DNA of 53,243 bases from an uncultured Lachnospiraceae bacterium (GTDB lineage: Bacteria; Bacillota; Clostridia; Christensenellales; UBA1242): assembly GCA_964521165.1 (NCBI GenBank), contig CAZFRA010000005.1, forward strand, positions 1 to 53,243, given 5' to 3'. The notes under the pieces are model-generated. The model made no database searches, was not told where the DNA came from, and saw only the letters and a program-made list of their open reading frames with translations. Position 1 is the first letter of the stretch, and every line of letters starts with the position of its first letter. This document shows, piece by piece, positions 11,420-21,342 of the stretch. The translations under genes were made by a program, and so were the position numbers.

Positions 11420-11488
11420 ATTCTCCATTTTATCACTAACAAAAATAAAAAGCAAGAAAAAATAGTCATTTCCTTACACATTTACTAA

Positions 11489-11609
11489 AAACAAAATATT
11501 GCGGTATTTTATTACATACCACACTATATATTGTTGTATTATGCAATAAAATTTATTTGCATAATACTATGAAAATTGTTTGACAAAGGGTGATAAAAAG
11601 TTTTATAAT
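11489..11609 (+). promoter_or_regulatory. PadR-gene control region: tandem NrdR-like boxes, 11-bp inverted repeat and sigma-A promoter
   Basis: AAACAAAATATTGCGG (11489), ACACTATATATTGTTG (11521), GTATTATGCAA-N10-TTGCATAATAC (11536-11567), TTGACA(11580)-18-TATAAT(11604). Confidence 0.6.
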
Positions 11610-11643
11610 GTTTCATATAAAGTGTTTTAGGGGGAAAAGGAAA

Positions 11644-13230
11644 ATGGCATTTAACTCAAATGGTCAAGTCCAATATTTAATTCTCTCCACCTTGAAAGAT
11701 GGTTCAAAGTATGGTCTTGAAATTATTGAAGCAATTTCCAAAAGAACAAATGGTGGTTATCTTTTGAAGAAACCAACTCTTTATTCTTGCCTAACAAGAT
11801 TGGAGAAAAAAGGATATATATCTTCTTCGTTTTGGGGTGAAAGTGAGTTCGGTGGCAAAAGACATTACTATTCTCTGACCGATGCCGGACGAGAAAATTT
11901 GATGCTTCTAGATAAAGAATTTGCCAATCTTCAACTCACTTCAGACAAAAATGGAGAAATTGAATTTGAAGATGAAAGGGAAGAACCGCAAGAAGAAATA
12001 ATAAGCAAAAAACCAATTTTCTTGCAACAAAACAATCTTTTTGACCTTGAACAAAAAGTTGAAGAACCTAAGAAAGTAGTGGAAGAAAAATCTAATATTG
12101 TCGACAACCAAATTGATATTTTCACATACACGCCAAAGGAAGAGGAGAAAAAAGACGATGCCATTTTCTTGCCGAGAAATGAAACTTTAACTCCTTCTCA
12201 AATCGAGCAAAATAAAAAGATATACGACACTTCCAGCGAACTAAAAAAATATCGCGGTCGCCGAAGTTTTTCGGATAATCAAATTGAAATGCCAATTGAA
12301 TACGAAGAAAAGGAAAATCCAAACGATTTTAAATCGAAGATTGAAAGTCTTAAACAATCCATTTTGCAAACCAAGCAAAATAATTTTGAGCAAGAAAGTC
12401 TTTACACTCAAATCTCAACTAACAAAATTGAAAGACCTACTTACCCGACCACACAAGTTGAAGCAGAAGAAACGAAAGATGATGCTGTGCTTATCACGGG
12501 GCCAAAATTCTCACACGAAAATATTCCATATCAAAAGAAAATCACCCCACCAAATCTTGATATCAATGTTTCAGATGACAATCTTCCAGCACCTATCCGT
12601 GACGCTAACTTGGAACCAACCTACAACGATATGATGTCAAAAATTCAAGAGAAGAAGAAAGAAAAAGAAATCAAAAAAGTGCCGGTGGTAGAAGAAAAAA
12701 TTGTCACACAAATCGACACCAATACTACTTTTGCAGACTATTCTTCTCTTAAAAATTACTACAAATCATATGGCATTGAGTTTAAAGAATACCGCAAAAG
12801 TTCTGTGGAAAGAATTCATAACACAAATCTCATCAATTTGATAGCGTCCACTATTCTCCTGCTTCTTTCAGGAATTGGCTCCGCCATTTTGTTTGGAATT
12901 ATCAACACATTTAACCTTTTGATGTCATCGTCCAACTTTTTATATTACACAGTTCCAATTCTTTTTGCAGTATACACAATTTTCTGCATTATTAAATGGA
13001 AATTTTCAATCAGCAAAAAAGCATCGATAAAATATGGTGCTTTCACCAACTGGGCAATTTTCGTGCTTGCCACAATCATTGTTTTTGTGATTAACATTTG
13101 TTGCGGAATGCAAGTGGAAAACATAAGTGAATATTTAACTTCAATTATACTTCCAATTTGGGCATTACTCCTAATTTTTCCAGTAAATTTCTACATCAAA
13201 AAATTAGCCTACAAAAAATTTTCAAAATAA
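11644..13230 (+). CDS. PadR-family wHTH regulator with long charged linker and 4 C-terminal TM helices
   Basis: ILSTL...KYGLEII...KPTLYSCLTRLEKKGYI...KRHYYSLTDAG; hydrophobic C-terminus. Confidence 0.85.
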   Translation: MAFNSNGQVQYLILSTLKDGSKYGLEIIEAISKRTNGGYLLKKPTLYSCLTRLEKKGYISSSFWGESEFGGKRHYYSLTDAGRENLMLLDKEFANLQLTSDKNGEIEFEDEREEPQEEIISKKPIFLQQNNLFDLEQKVEEPKKVVEEKSNIVDNQIDIFTYTPKEEEKKDDAIFLPRNETLTPSQIEQNKKIYDTSSELKKYRGRRSFSDNQIEMPIEYEEKENPNDFKSKIESLKQSILQTKQNNFEQESLYTQISTNKIERPTYPTTQVEAEETKDDAVLITGPKFSHENIPYQKKITPPNLDINVSDDNLPAPIRDANLEPTYNDMMSKIQEKKKEKEIKKVPVVEEKIVTQIDTNTTFADYSSLKNYYKSYGIEFKEYRKSSVERIHNTNLINLIASTILLLLSGIGSAILFGIINTFNLLMSSSNFLYYTVPILFAVYTIFCIIKWKFSISKKASIKYGAFTNWAIFVLATIIVFVINICCGMQVENISEYLTSIILPIWALLLIFPVNFYIKKLAYKKFSK

Positions 13231-13278
13231 TTTTAAAATTTGTGTATATTTGTTGAAAATCGTCACAATATATAAACA

Positions 13279-13355
13279 AGTCAACAGAACTTGTTGACTG
13301 TATAAGAAAAGAGATTCAAGTTCGTGATGGAACAATCAGTCTCTTTTCTTTTTTT
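13279..13355 (+). terminator. double-hairpin element ending in a U-tract (terminator or small RNA)
   Basis: AGTCAACA/TGTTGACT and AAGAAAAGAGA/TCTCTTTTCTT stems followed by a T run. Confidence 0.5.
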
Positions 13356-13363
13356 ATCTCAAA

Positions 13364-13993
13364 TTAGTTTTCGATGTCTTGTTTGATTTCAATAATCTTT
13401 TGACTATTGCGGTGCTTTTTTATCAGCATAAAAATGACATCGAAAATCAAGAAAACAGCCACCAAAAGAAGAGATATGATCAAAATATAACCGACCGAAT
13501 TTTCAAAAATGGTGCAAAGCAAAAATATGACGAAACAAGAGATAAATTCCCCAATTGCAATCGCGATAAAAGATTGCCAAATCTTCAAATTACTCACTCC
13601 CGCAATTAAACTGCCAGAATAAACACCCGTCAACGGCAAAGGCACAGCAACAAACAAGCATAAAGACGAAAGTTTATAGAAAGTCTTCCCTTTTCCACTC
13701 AACAAGTTGAGCCGCTTTTGATATTTTTCTTGAATTCTACTTAAAAATTTCTCTTGCACAAACCCACTTGTTTTATTTTTAATTTTTCTTGCCAAAAGAA
13801 GCACGATAACACACGGAATCATACTTCCAATATAAGCGAAAAGGAAAGCTAAAGCCGGCGAAAGAGCATCATTCCCCCAAACAGCGAAAGAGATGCCAAA
13901 AGGTATGGCAATTTTACTTTCCAAAGTTGGAATCATCGCCACCAAAATAACCGCCAAAAATACTGGAAAATTATCAACAAAAAACTCTAACAT
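13364..13993 (-). CDS. COG2426 / small multidrug export family membrane protein
   Basis: MIPTLE...AIP, FVAVPLPLTGVYSG. Confidence 0.85.
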   Translation of the reverse strand: MLEFFVDNFPVFLAVILVAMIPTLESKIAIPFGISFAVWGNDALSPALAFLFAYIGSMIPCVIVLLLARKIKNKTSGFVQEKFLSRIQEKYQKRLNLLSGKGKTFYKLSSLCLFVAVPLPLTGVYSGSLIAGVSNLKIWQSFIAIAIGEFISCFVIFLLCTIFENSVGYILIISLLLVAVFLIFDVIFMLIKKHRNSQKIIEIKQDIEN

Positions 13994-14088
13994 ACTTCAT
14001 TTTATGTTAGAGTTTGAAAAATATGCCACAATGTTAGCAATTTGTTTTTTCTTGCATTTAATATAACTTTAACTTCGCCAAGAAACAA

Positions 14089-17000
14089 CTACCAAACAAA
14101 CTTACCACTACACGTACAGCATTTATCTGATATATTATTGACATCGGTATGATAATGATTATCATCGCTACTTTTTTTATTACCACCAAAAGTGGATTGG
14201 GATGTATAGCAATATTCAATTGAAACATCGTCATCAACATATCCCACAAATCCTGCTATATAATAATTGGGTGTTCCTTCACTTCCATTGGCTGCTCCTT
14301 CACTTTCACTTAGGTCTTCTAATAAGCTTACATTTCCTTCATTCAAATCTGATGATTCTGGTTTTATAATATCTCCACGTGAACTTGAAACAGAAATATC
14401 GCTTTTACCTGCTAAATATCCAGCAAAGCCACCAACATAGTAAGAATAATAAGTTGTTGTATAAGCAACTTCATAGTCACCAATTGATGTCTCATTATTA
14501 TAGTCATCGACAACAAAAGTATAGTTATTAAAACCACCTTCTTCCTTTACTCTCAACAAAAATTTTTCATAATATTTAGTGGTTGTCGTTTCACTATCGT
14601 TGTCGCTTGCTATGGCAGACTCCTGAGACTCTTCTAAATCCCCCAAATTCTCTGACTCATTTGACTCATTTGATCCTTTCAAAGATGAAATAGTAGAATT
14701 ATTTATAATATAAATATGATTCAAAGTTGTTTCTTCAACATACTCAACATCACAACTATAATTGTTAACACCTGTGATAACTGAATTTTTGGCATATCCA
14801 ACAACTGCGCCAACATAAGCGTAACCGCTCACCGAACCTTTAACCAAATTCAAATTCTTAATGGTCGCATCTTCAACATAACCGAAAAGCCCCACATAGT
14901 CAAAATTTGACGCATCAATATTCAAGCCATAAATCGAATATCCCTGCCCATCATAGTATCCCTTAAACGGAGTATTATAAGTTCCAATTGAAGCAAAACC
15001 ACTTCTACTTGGTATTGTAATATCACAAACTTGCTTAAACCGAGTGTTTGCAAAATTATTTCCTTCGAAAATGGTTTGATACGCCATCCATAATAGATCA
15101 TTAAAATCATCAATTATATAAACACCACCCACTTTATTTGGAGCATCACTAAAACTATAATTAGCTGAGCTTAAAATATTTTCATAATTGATTGACAATT
15201 CCACAGAACTTTCATTAGCGTTTTCATTTATAAGTTGAAATGTTGTTTCTGTAAAACCAGAAATAGTTTCATCATCAATTGAAATATTTATATATTTTTC
15301 GATAGAAGTATTAGCACCTGAACTAAAACTATATCGACCTGTTGAAGTAATTTCAAGGCTTATTTTTGAATACGATTTAAAAGTGTATGTATTGTTATTA
15401 CCATAACCCCCACTATTCTCACCATTGATAGTTAAGCTATAATGAGTTGTCTCTGATGATATATTCATCTGAATTGTGGTGAGAGAATAGAATGAGTATA
15501 GATAGATTGTTTTTGTTTTTGAAATTGAGCTGGCAGATATGCCTGTGGTGCAGCTTTTGTTGGCAATTGCAACAAGTGATAATTCAGTATAAGAAGTTTC
15601 ATTACCAATCGTAGTGGTACTATAGGTATTATTATATAATGTATTTATTTCATCTATAGAAATTTTAGGGTCAAAAGAACTATCATAACTCACAGCAAAA
15701 GAATTTGTAATGTCACCGTGAGTATAATAACCATACATAGAAGTTTTTGTAATACTTAAGAGACTTCCTAGAGTCACAGATTGACCAGTATTCGTTTTTG
15801 TCGAAACAGAAGTTTCATCCCAATCAAATTCGCCGTTATTATCCATCAAATCATAGAACATAAACACACGGAAAACAAGTTTATACCCTGAAACTTCGTA
15901 ATAAACATCATCATTACCAATACAGTCTAAATTTTCATACAGCGTGATTTTATTATTATCTAAAATGATATACAGTTTAAGGCTCTCAAAAGAATAATTG
16001 AAGTATGTGTTCTGTCCTATCAGTTCAGTTTTTTCAAGGTCTTTTATGGTGGTCACACCGCCGTTTTCACCGAAAACATAATAATTGTCATTAGTCACCG
16101 AAGAATCGTAAGTGTCGATGAAATAGTAGGTGTAGGTTTCGAACCTGCCCCCAACGCTATTATCAGTTCCTGAATTTTCTAAATAATCAGTGTCTACAGT
16201 AACAACATACTCTGTCAACTCAATGGTAATTTGCCCATCAGAAGAAAGTTCAGCACCTAAAAGAGAGATTATATCATTCCCTATCGTTACCGTGCCACTA
16301 CTCGTACCACTACTACTCGCACCACTACTACTCGTATTCTTACTAATGGATATTCCGTATGAATCGAAATCTCCTGATGATGAACTTGAAGGGCTTACAA
16401 AACCCTCAGTCCCGCCCCAATGATACCATGTTGACGAATTATTATTATTAATCACCACTGAATACCACGAATATGGGTTAAATATCGTTTTGTTAATGTT
16501 AGAAGGTACTGCTATATTAATTATAATAGATCCATATTTTGCTTTGTTGTTGTTGCCGGTAGACTTACGCCTATATGTTCTGCTTTCATAGCCATAATAA
16601 ACGCTTCCGCTACCATTATAAATTGATGTTGTAGATTCATTACTCTCTTTTAATTCAAAAGTTAACTCAACTTCAACTTCATAGCGATACCGCACAAAAA
16701 CAAAAACAATTTCATTCTCCGTAAACGGATAAGCCAATACACCTGGCGTAAAGGTTAACGTATTAGTATTATTATCATATTCAAAAACACTACTATAATT
16801 TTCAACAAGATCATTTTGATTTATTTGAGAAATAGTTAAAGTGCCAGAAGAGGATTTTTTGTATATACCATACAACTCATAATTCGAACCAGTATCATAT
16901 TCTACAGTAAAAGTATAGCTGCTACCCCCTGCAGAGCTTAAAGATACAGTAAAATATCTATTCGTTTCCGTGGTATAAGAGCCATAAGTTACATATGCCT

Positions 17001-18888
17001 TAATTTCGTCATAACTATAATCTGAAGAAGTTCTTGACACAAGCGTGCTGTTGGATATTGAATCTGAGAAATTGTTAATATATGCTGTTGAAAAATAATA
17101 TGTTCGACTTATCCTTTCAATATACGCAACAAGAGTTAGCGAGTCATTACTGCTCATATAAGTAGGATAAGATGTACTGTCAGTTATTAAAGAAGTGGAA
17201 AGTGATTCGCTATATGATGTGGCTGAAAATATTCCTAAAAAATCGTAATAACTTTGTGTGTAATTTGACCGTGCAGTATAAGAAACTATTTGTATTTCAT
17301 CTGCACATTTTGTATAATAAAGAGTGGTTAATGTGCCAGAAGTATTATACGTCGTACTTCCATTATTTGTTGCATAATTCATTCTATATCCTGAAGATAC
17401 AGCACTTGTGCTAAATGTACCACTAACAGTTTGATGCATCATACCAATTGTCACTGTTTTAACGAAAAAGGAAGGTATCACCATACTACTAGAGAAATTT
17501 GAATAACCGAGATTATAAACCGTTCCGGTCATCCAAGTAGATGTGGCTGATGTATTATAAGAGAAACCAAGACTGGACATATAATTTTTAACTGCTGTTG
17601 TTGCTGTTAAAGATGTACTCGTTATGTTAGTAGAACTGTTATAACTATCACTACTTCGGTTTCCATAAGCACCACCACTACTATATCTATATACACAGTT
17701 ACTTACCGAGAGATTTGTGGAATCGTAAGTCCCTATTAAACCTCCTATATAATACGTCCCTTCATTAGTAAATGAACCTACTGCTATACAATATCTCATA
17801 TAAGAACCACTTTCAATATCTGCAATTTCGCCAATAATTCCACCCATTGATGAATGAAAAATACCAATAGCGCCACCTGTTCCTGTTATACTGCCATAAT
17901 TTATACAGTATGTTATACGCAAAATAATATTCCCATTCTTAACTCTTCCTACTATTCCACCAGCATGATCTTGACTTTGAATGCTACCATAATTAACACA
18001 GTTTGTTATAATCAAAGATCCTTCAGAGCTAGTGTCCTCAACCTTTCCAACAATTCCACCGATATGTGTATAACCTTGTGTTGAAGTTATATTACAAAAA
18101 TTAATGCATTGCGTAAATGTTGTTGTTGTATTTTCTCCCGAAATATACCCAACAATTCCACCAACTGAGCTACTTCCACCCGGAAAAGTTCTTGACGGAC
18201 TTATATTAACACAACGATAAAAATAACATGAACCAGCATTCCTAACAAAAGATGTGTATGAGTCGCCTTGGAATACAATTCGAGACATTCTTACTCTTGT
18301 CAAAGTTTGAAATAAGGCATTATCGGCAGAATTACTCGAAAATGTTACTCCAATTATGTAAGCCAACTCTGTTGTATCGTAAGGTTGGATGTAAATCCAA
18401 TTGTTATGATCTGAGTTTCCTAGAGCAAAGTTACTCCAATAATGAGCAGACATATCATATATATATGTGCCCGCTAACGAGCTATTAACATTGCCATCAT
18501 TAGGCATTAAATAGATGTAAACACTAGAACCATAAGCATTGATGTTTATTGTATTACAATCGGTTATTAACCTCGCAAGTTGCTCTTCGTTGTTTATGTA
18601 ATAATTATTACCCGATGATTCCATTTCTTTAGTATAATCCGACCAGTCTCCACTTGCTTGTGCGGTAACTTCTTCATCGACACCAATTTCAGTGTCAATC
18701 TCAAAATCAAGATCTCCTTCCGAAATTTCATCATCAACACTGCCAGTCGTGGCGCTTTCTTCATAATTCGAAGAGTTGAGCGCACGACTACTTATGATGT
18801 TCGCACTGCAAAGAGAAATTATCGCTGCAAACATCATACAAACAAAAGTAATTATAAATTTTTTCGAAAATGTGCGTTCAATTCTCAT
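14089..18888 (-). CDS. large Ser/Thr/Tyr/Asn-rich surface protein with N- and C-terminal GLUG-like modules
   Basis: 1599 aa; N-terminal hydrophobic signal; GGIVG/CINYG repeats; PFKGYYDGQGYSIYGL...VGLFG motif near the C-terminus. Confidence 0.85.
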   Translation of the reverse strand: MRIERTFSKKFIITFVCMMFAAIISLCSANIISSRALNSSNYEESATTGSVDDEISEGDLDFEIDTEIGVDEEVTAQASGDWSDYTKEMESSGNNYYINNEEQLARLITDCNTININAYGSSVYIYLMPNDGNVNSSLAGTYIYDMSAHYWSNFALGNSDHNNWIYIQPYDTTELAYIIGVTFSSNSADNALFQTLTRVRMSRIVFQGDSYTSFVRNAGSCYFYRCVNISPSRTFPGGSSSVGGIVGYISGENTTTTFTQCINFCNITSTQGYTHIGGIVGKVEDTSSEGSLIITNCVNYGSIQSQDHAGGIVGRVKNGNIILRITYCINYGSITGTGGAIGIFHSSMGGIIGEIADIESGSYMRYCIAVGSFTNEGTYYIGGLIGTYDSTNLSVSNCVYRYSSGGAYGNRSSDSYNSSTNITSTSLTATTAVKNYMSSLGFSYNTSATSTWMTGTVYNLGYSNFSSSMVIPSFFVKTVTIGMMHQTVSGTFSTSAVSSGYRMNYATNNGSTTYNTSGTLTTLYYTKCADEIQIVSYTARSNYTQSYYDFLGIFSATSYSESLSTSLITDSTSYPTYMSSNDSLTLVAYIERISRTYYFSTAYINNFSDSISNSTLVSRTSSDYSYDEIKAYVTYGSYTTETNRYFTVSLSSAGGSSYTFTVEYDTGSNYELYGIYKKSSSGTLTISQINQNDLVENYSSVFEYDNNTNTLTFTPGVLAYPFTENEIVFVFVRYRYEVEVELTFELKESNESTTSIYNGSGSVYYGYESRTYRRKSTGNNNKAKYGSIIINIAVPSNINKTIFNPYSWYSVVINNNNSSTWYHWGGTEGFVSPSSSSSGDFDSYGISISKNTSSSGASSSGTSSGTVTIGNDIISLLGAELSSDGQITIELTEYVVTVDTDYLENSGTDNSVGGRFETYTYYFIDTYDSSVTNDNYYVFGENGGVTTIKDLEKTELIGQNTYFNYSFESLKLYIILDNNKITLYENLDCIGNDDVYYEVSGYKLVFRVFMFYDLMDNNGEFDWDETSVSTKTNTGQSVTLGSLLSITKTSMYGYYTHGDITNSFAVSYDSSFDPKISIDEINTLYNNTYSTTTIGNETSYTELSLVAIANKSCTTGISASSISKTKTIYLYSFYSLTTIQMNISSETTHYSLTINGENSGGYGNNNTYTFKSYSKISLEITSTGRYSFSSGANTSIEKYINISIDDETISGFTETTFQLINENANESSVELSINYENILSSANYSFSDAPNKVGGVYIIDDFNDLLWMAYQTIFEGNNFANTRFKQVCDITIPSRSGFASIGTYNTPFKGYYDGQGYSIYGLNIDASNFDYVGLFGYVEDATIKNLNLVKGSVSGYAYVGAVVGYAKNSVITGVNNYSCDVEYVEETTLNHIYIINNSTISSLKGSNESNESENLGDLEESQESAIASDNDSETTTTKYYEKFLLRVKEEGGFNNYTFVVDDYNNETSIGDYEVAYTTTYYSYYVGGFAGYLAGKSDISVSSSRGDIIKPESSDLNEGNVSLLEDLSESEGAANGSEGTPNYYIAGFVGYVDDDVSIEYCYTSQSTFGGNKKSSDDNHYHTDVNNISDKCCTCSGKFVW

Positions 18889-19087
18889 ACTTAATTATAT
18901 TTTAACTATTTTTTATAAAAAAAGTCAAACAATTTTAATATATTTTATATATTAAATATATTTTTTAAATCATTCTACTATATATTTTAAATTATCAATT
19001 TTTTACTATTTTTTTTAGAATTTTTTAGATTTTTTATTTATTTTTTAATTCTTTTATCTTTTAATAAAAAAAACGCAAAAAATGCGC

Positions 19088-20428
19088 CTATTTTATATTT
19101 ATTATTTTCAAACATTTCTCCACACTTTCCATAACAGTTTGGTTTGTGGTGTCGATGACATATGCATCCGGCGTTTGTTTGATTGCGCCGTGTTCGCGGT
19201 GGACATCCAAATAATCTCGATCGCGTAAGTCTTCCAAAACCTTTTCGTATGACACATCATTACCGAGCATTTTTTGTTGGTCATAACGGCGTTGCGCCCG
19301 CACTTTTTCATCAGCAACAACGAAAAACTTATAGTCAGCGTTTGGCAAAACTTCGCTTCCAATGTCGCGCCCTTCCATAACCGTGTTATTGTTTTTCGCA
19401 AACTCTTTTTGAATTTTCAAAACTTTTTCTCTTATCTGTATAAACGGTGAAAGTTTGGCGGAAAGCGCACTTATCTCTTCTGTTCGAAGGTCGGCTGTAT
19501 AGTCCACGCCATTAACAAAAACGTGTTGCAAGCCTTTGATAAATTTTATATTCACATAAATCTGGTCAGCGAATTTCTTGATACTTCTTTCGTTTATCTT
19601 TTTCTCGTCGTTGCGAAGATTTTTAAAAGCACACGCTATTCCTCGATACACCGCACCCGTGTCGAACACGCAAAAATTAAGTCGTTTGGCAAGTTCGCGT
19701 GCGATTGAACTTTTACCTGAGCAAACATAGCCGTCAATCGCAATATTTATGGATTTCTTCTCGTTTATCTTGCTCAAAATAAGGTTTTGACAGAAGTCCA
19801 CCGTTTCTTCAATCGTCATATCCGTATTGTCTACAATTATGCTATCTTCGACCGGTTTGAGTGGTGCAATTTTTCTGCTAGTATCGCGTTTATCTCGTTC
19901 ACGCAAATCATTTAAAACATCTTCAAATTTAATCTTCTTATCTTTCGCACACGCTTCTTTGTGTCGGCGTTCGGCGCGCTTAATTTCGTCTGCGGTTAGG
20001 AAAATTTTAACATCGGCATCCGGCATCACAACCGAACCAATATCTCGCCCTTCCATTATACAGTTATATCTCTCGGAAAAATCTTTGGCAATCTCCAAAT
20101 ATTTCGCTCTAACATCTGGATAAACGGAAATTTTGGACGCCATTTGACTAATTTCTTCCGTCCTGATGTATGGCGTGACATTCTCGTCATTGACAAAAAC
20201 ATTTTGTCCGTTTTCCAAAAATTTAACCGCTATCTCGTTCTTTTTTAATAACTCTATTGAATTATCTTCGCTGACTTTTGTGCCGTAGTTTTGTTTGTAT
20301 GCATAGGCAATCGCACGAAATATCGCTCCTGTGTCCAACATTTTAAAGTCGTTAAGGCGTTTTACAAGTTCTTTTGCCACTGTTGACTTACCGGAGCCCA
20401 TATATCCGTCAATCGCAATTTTAAACAT
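19088..20428 (-). CDS. cmk: tandem double-domain cytidylate kinase
   Basis: Two complete Cmk domains: IAIDGYMGSGKST/DTGAIFR/MEGRDIG and IAIDGYVCSGKSS/DTGAVYR/MEGRDIG. Confidence 0.9.
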   Translation of the reverse strand: MFKIAIDGYMGSGKSTVAKELVKRLNDFKMLDTGAIFRAIAYAYKQNYGTKVSEDNSIELLKKNEIAVKFLENGQNVFVNDENVTPYIRTEEISQMASKISVYPDVRAKYLEIAKDFSERYNCIMEGRDIGSVVMPDADVKIFLTADEIKRAERRHKEACAKDKKIKFEDVLNDLRERDKRDTSRKIAPLKPVEDSIIVDNTDMTIEETVDFCQNLILSKINEKKSINIAIDGYVCSGKSSIARELAKRLNFCVFDTGAVYRGIACAFKNLRNDEKKINERSIKKFADQIYVNIKFIKGLQHVFVNGVDYTADLRTEEISALSAKLSPFIQIREKVLKIQKEFAKNNNTVMEGRDIGSEVLPNADYKFFVVADEKVRAQRRYDQQKMLGNDVSYEKVLEDLRDRDYLDVHREHGAIKQTPDAYVIDTTNQTVMESVEKCLKIINIK

Positions 20429-20513
20429 ATCATCCCCCTTACTTTCTTCATTATAACACAATCTTGTTTTTTGGCAAAGAAAAAATAAAAAATTCCAAAT
20501 AATTTATTTGGAA

Positions 20514-21281
20514 TCATTTTTCTTTTCCGTCATCTACGGTTTTATTTAGTTGCTCAGAAATTATCTCGTCACGAAAAACAAGATATTCTTTGACAGACAT
20601 ACTCGCATATGCCTTGCTCCCGTTCAAAAGTTGTTGGTCGTCCGAATATTGCGTCCAGGTCAAGCGACTCAACTCTTCCGCGTTCATGATAAAGTGGTAT
20701 AAATCTTTGTCGAGATAGGCGTTCAAAGTGAAGTCGCAGACCGCATCCCCTATTTCTAGCCACGTGTGTATATATTTGGATTTGCTTGTTTTGCCGTAAA
20801 CATAGCCTGTCACAATTTCCGCATTGACATTGTGTTTACTTAAATTTTTGCACAAAGATATCGAACCGTCGTGGCATCTATGTTTGCGTTTGGTTGTTTG
20901 AAGAATTTCATATCTACCTTTCAGCCAGTAAAATTGGTCGATAAGTTTTTCAACTTGAAAGGTGTAAACGCCAAGGCGGACATCCAAAACCTTTCGATTT
21001 CCAACAGTTCGCCCTTCGTTTTTCACTTTTTTAAGTGTTATGTCAAAATTTTCCCTGGAATTTCGCTTAAATCTTGAGATTTGATGTCTTATTTCCTTAT
21101 CTTCCGTTTTTTGAAGCGAAAAAAGATCGATTAGGCAGAGTAATCTATTTTGAAAAACATACAACTCCACCCCATCTAGCAAGCGATTTAATGCTTCTTC
21201 GTTTTTTGTGGCTAAAAGTTTCTCATCAAAAGCAAGGCTTTCTTTTTCCACGTTTTCAATAAAGCTTCTTCTATTTGTCAT
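20514..21281 (-). CDS. hypothetical protein with transglutaminase/papain-like Cys-His-Asp motif
   Basis: RCHDGS...IVTGYV...HTWLE....VCDFT. Start placed 4-7 nt after a perfect promoter. Confidence 0.65.
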   Translation of the reverse strand: MTNRRSFIENVEKESLAFDEKLLATKNEEALNRLLDGVELYVFQNRLLCLIDLFSLQKTEDKEIRHQISRFKRNSRENFDITLKKVKNEGRTVGNRKVLDVRLGVYTFQVEKLIDQFYWLKGRYEILQTTKRKHRCHDGSISLCKNLSKHNVNAEIVTGYVYGKTSKSKYIHTWLEIGDAVCDFTLNAYLDKDLYHFIMNAEELSRLTWTQYSDDQQLLNGSKAYASMSVKEYLVFRDEIISEQLNKTVDDGKEK

Positions 21282-21288
21282 CATTTGT

Positions 21289-21317
21289 ATTATAACACCC
21301 ACATGCCATTTTGTCAA
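21289..21317 (-). promoter_or_regulatory. perfect sigma-A promoter (leaderless)
   Basis: TTGACA-17-TATAAT followed by ACAA-ATG-ATG. Confidence 0.75.
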
Positions 21318-21342
21318 GTAAGGCGTTTTTGGGGAAAGTTTT

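Noticed and set aside
14089-18888. Diversity-generating retroelement target
   Set aside because: No reverse transcriptase and no TR/VR pair differing at adenines seen in the window.
18889-19087. Very AT-rich intergenic stretch as a replication origin
   Set aside because: No DnaA boxes (TTATCCACA) or dnaA; similar AT-rich spacers occur throughout.
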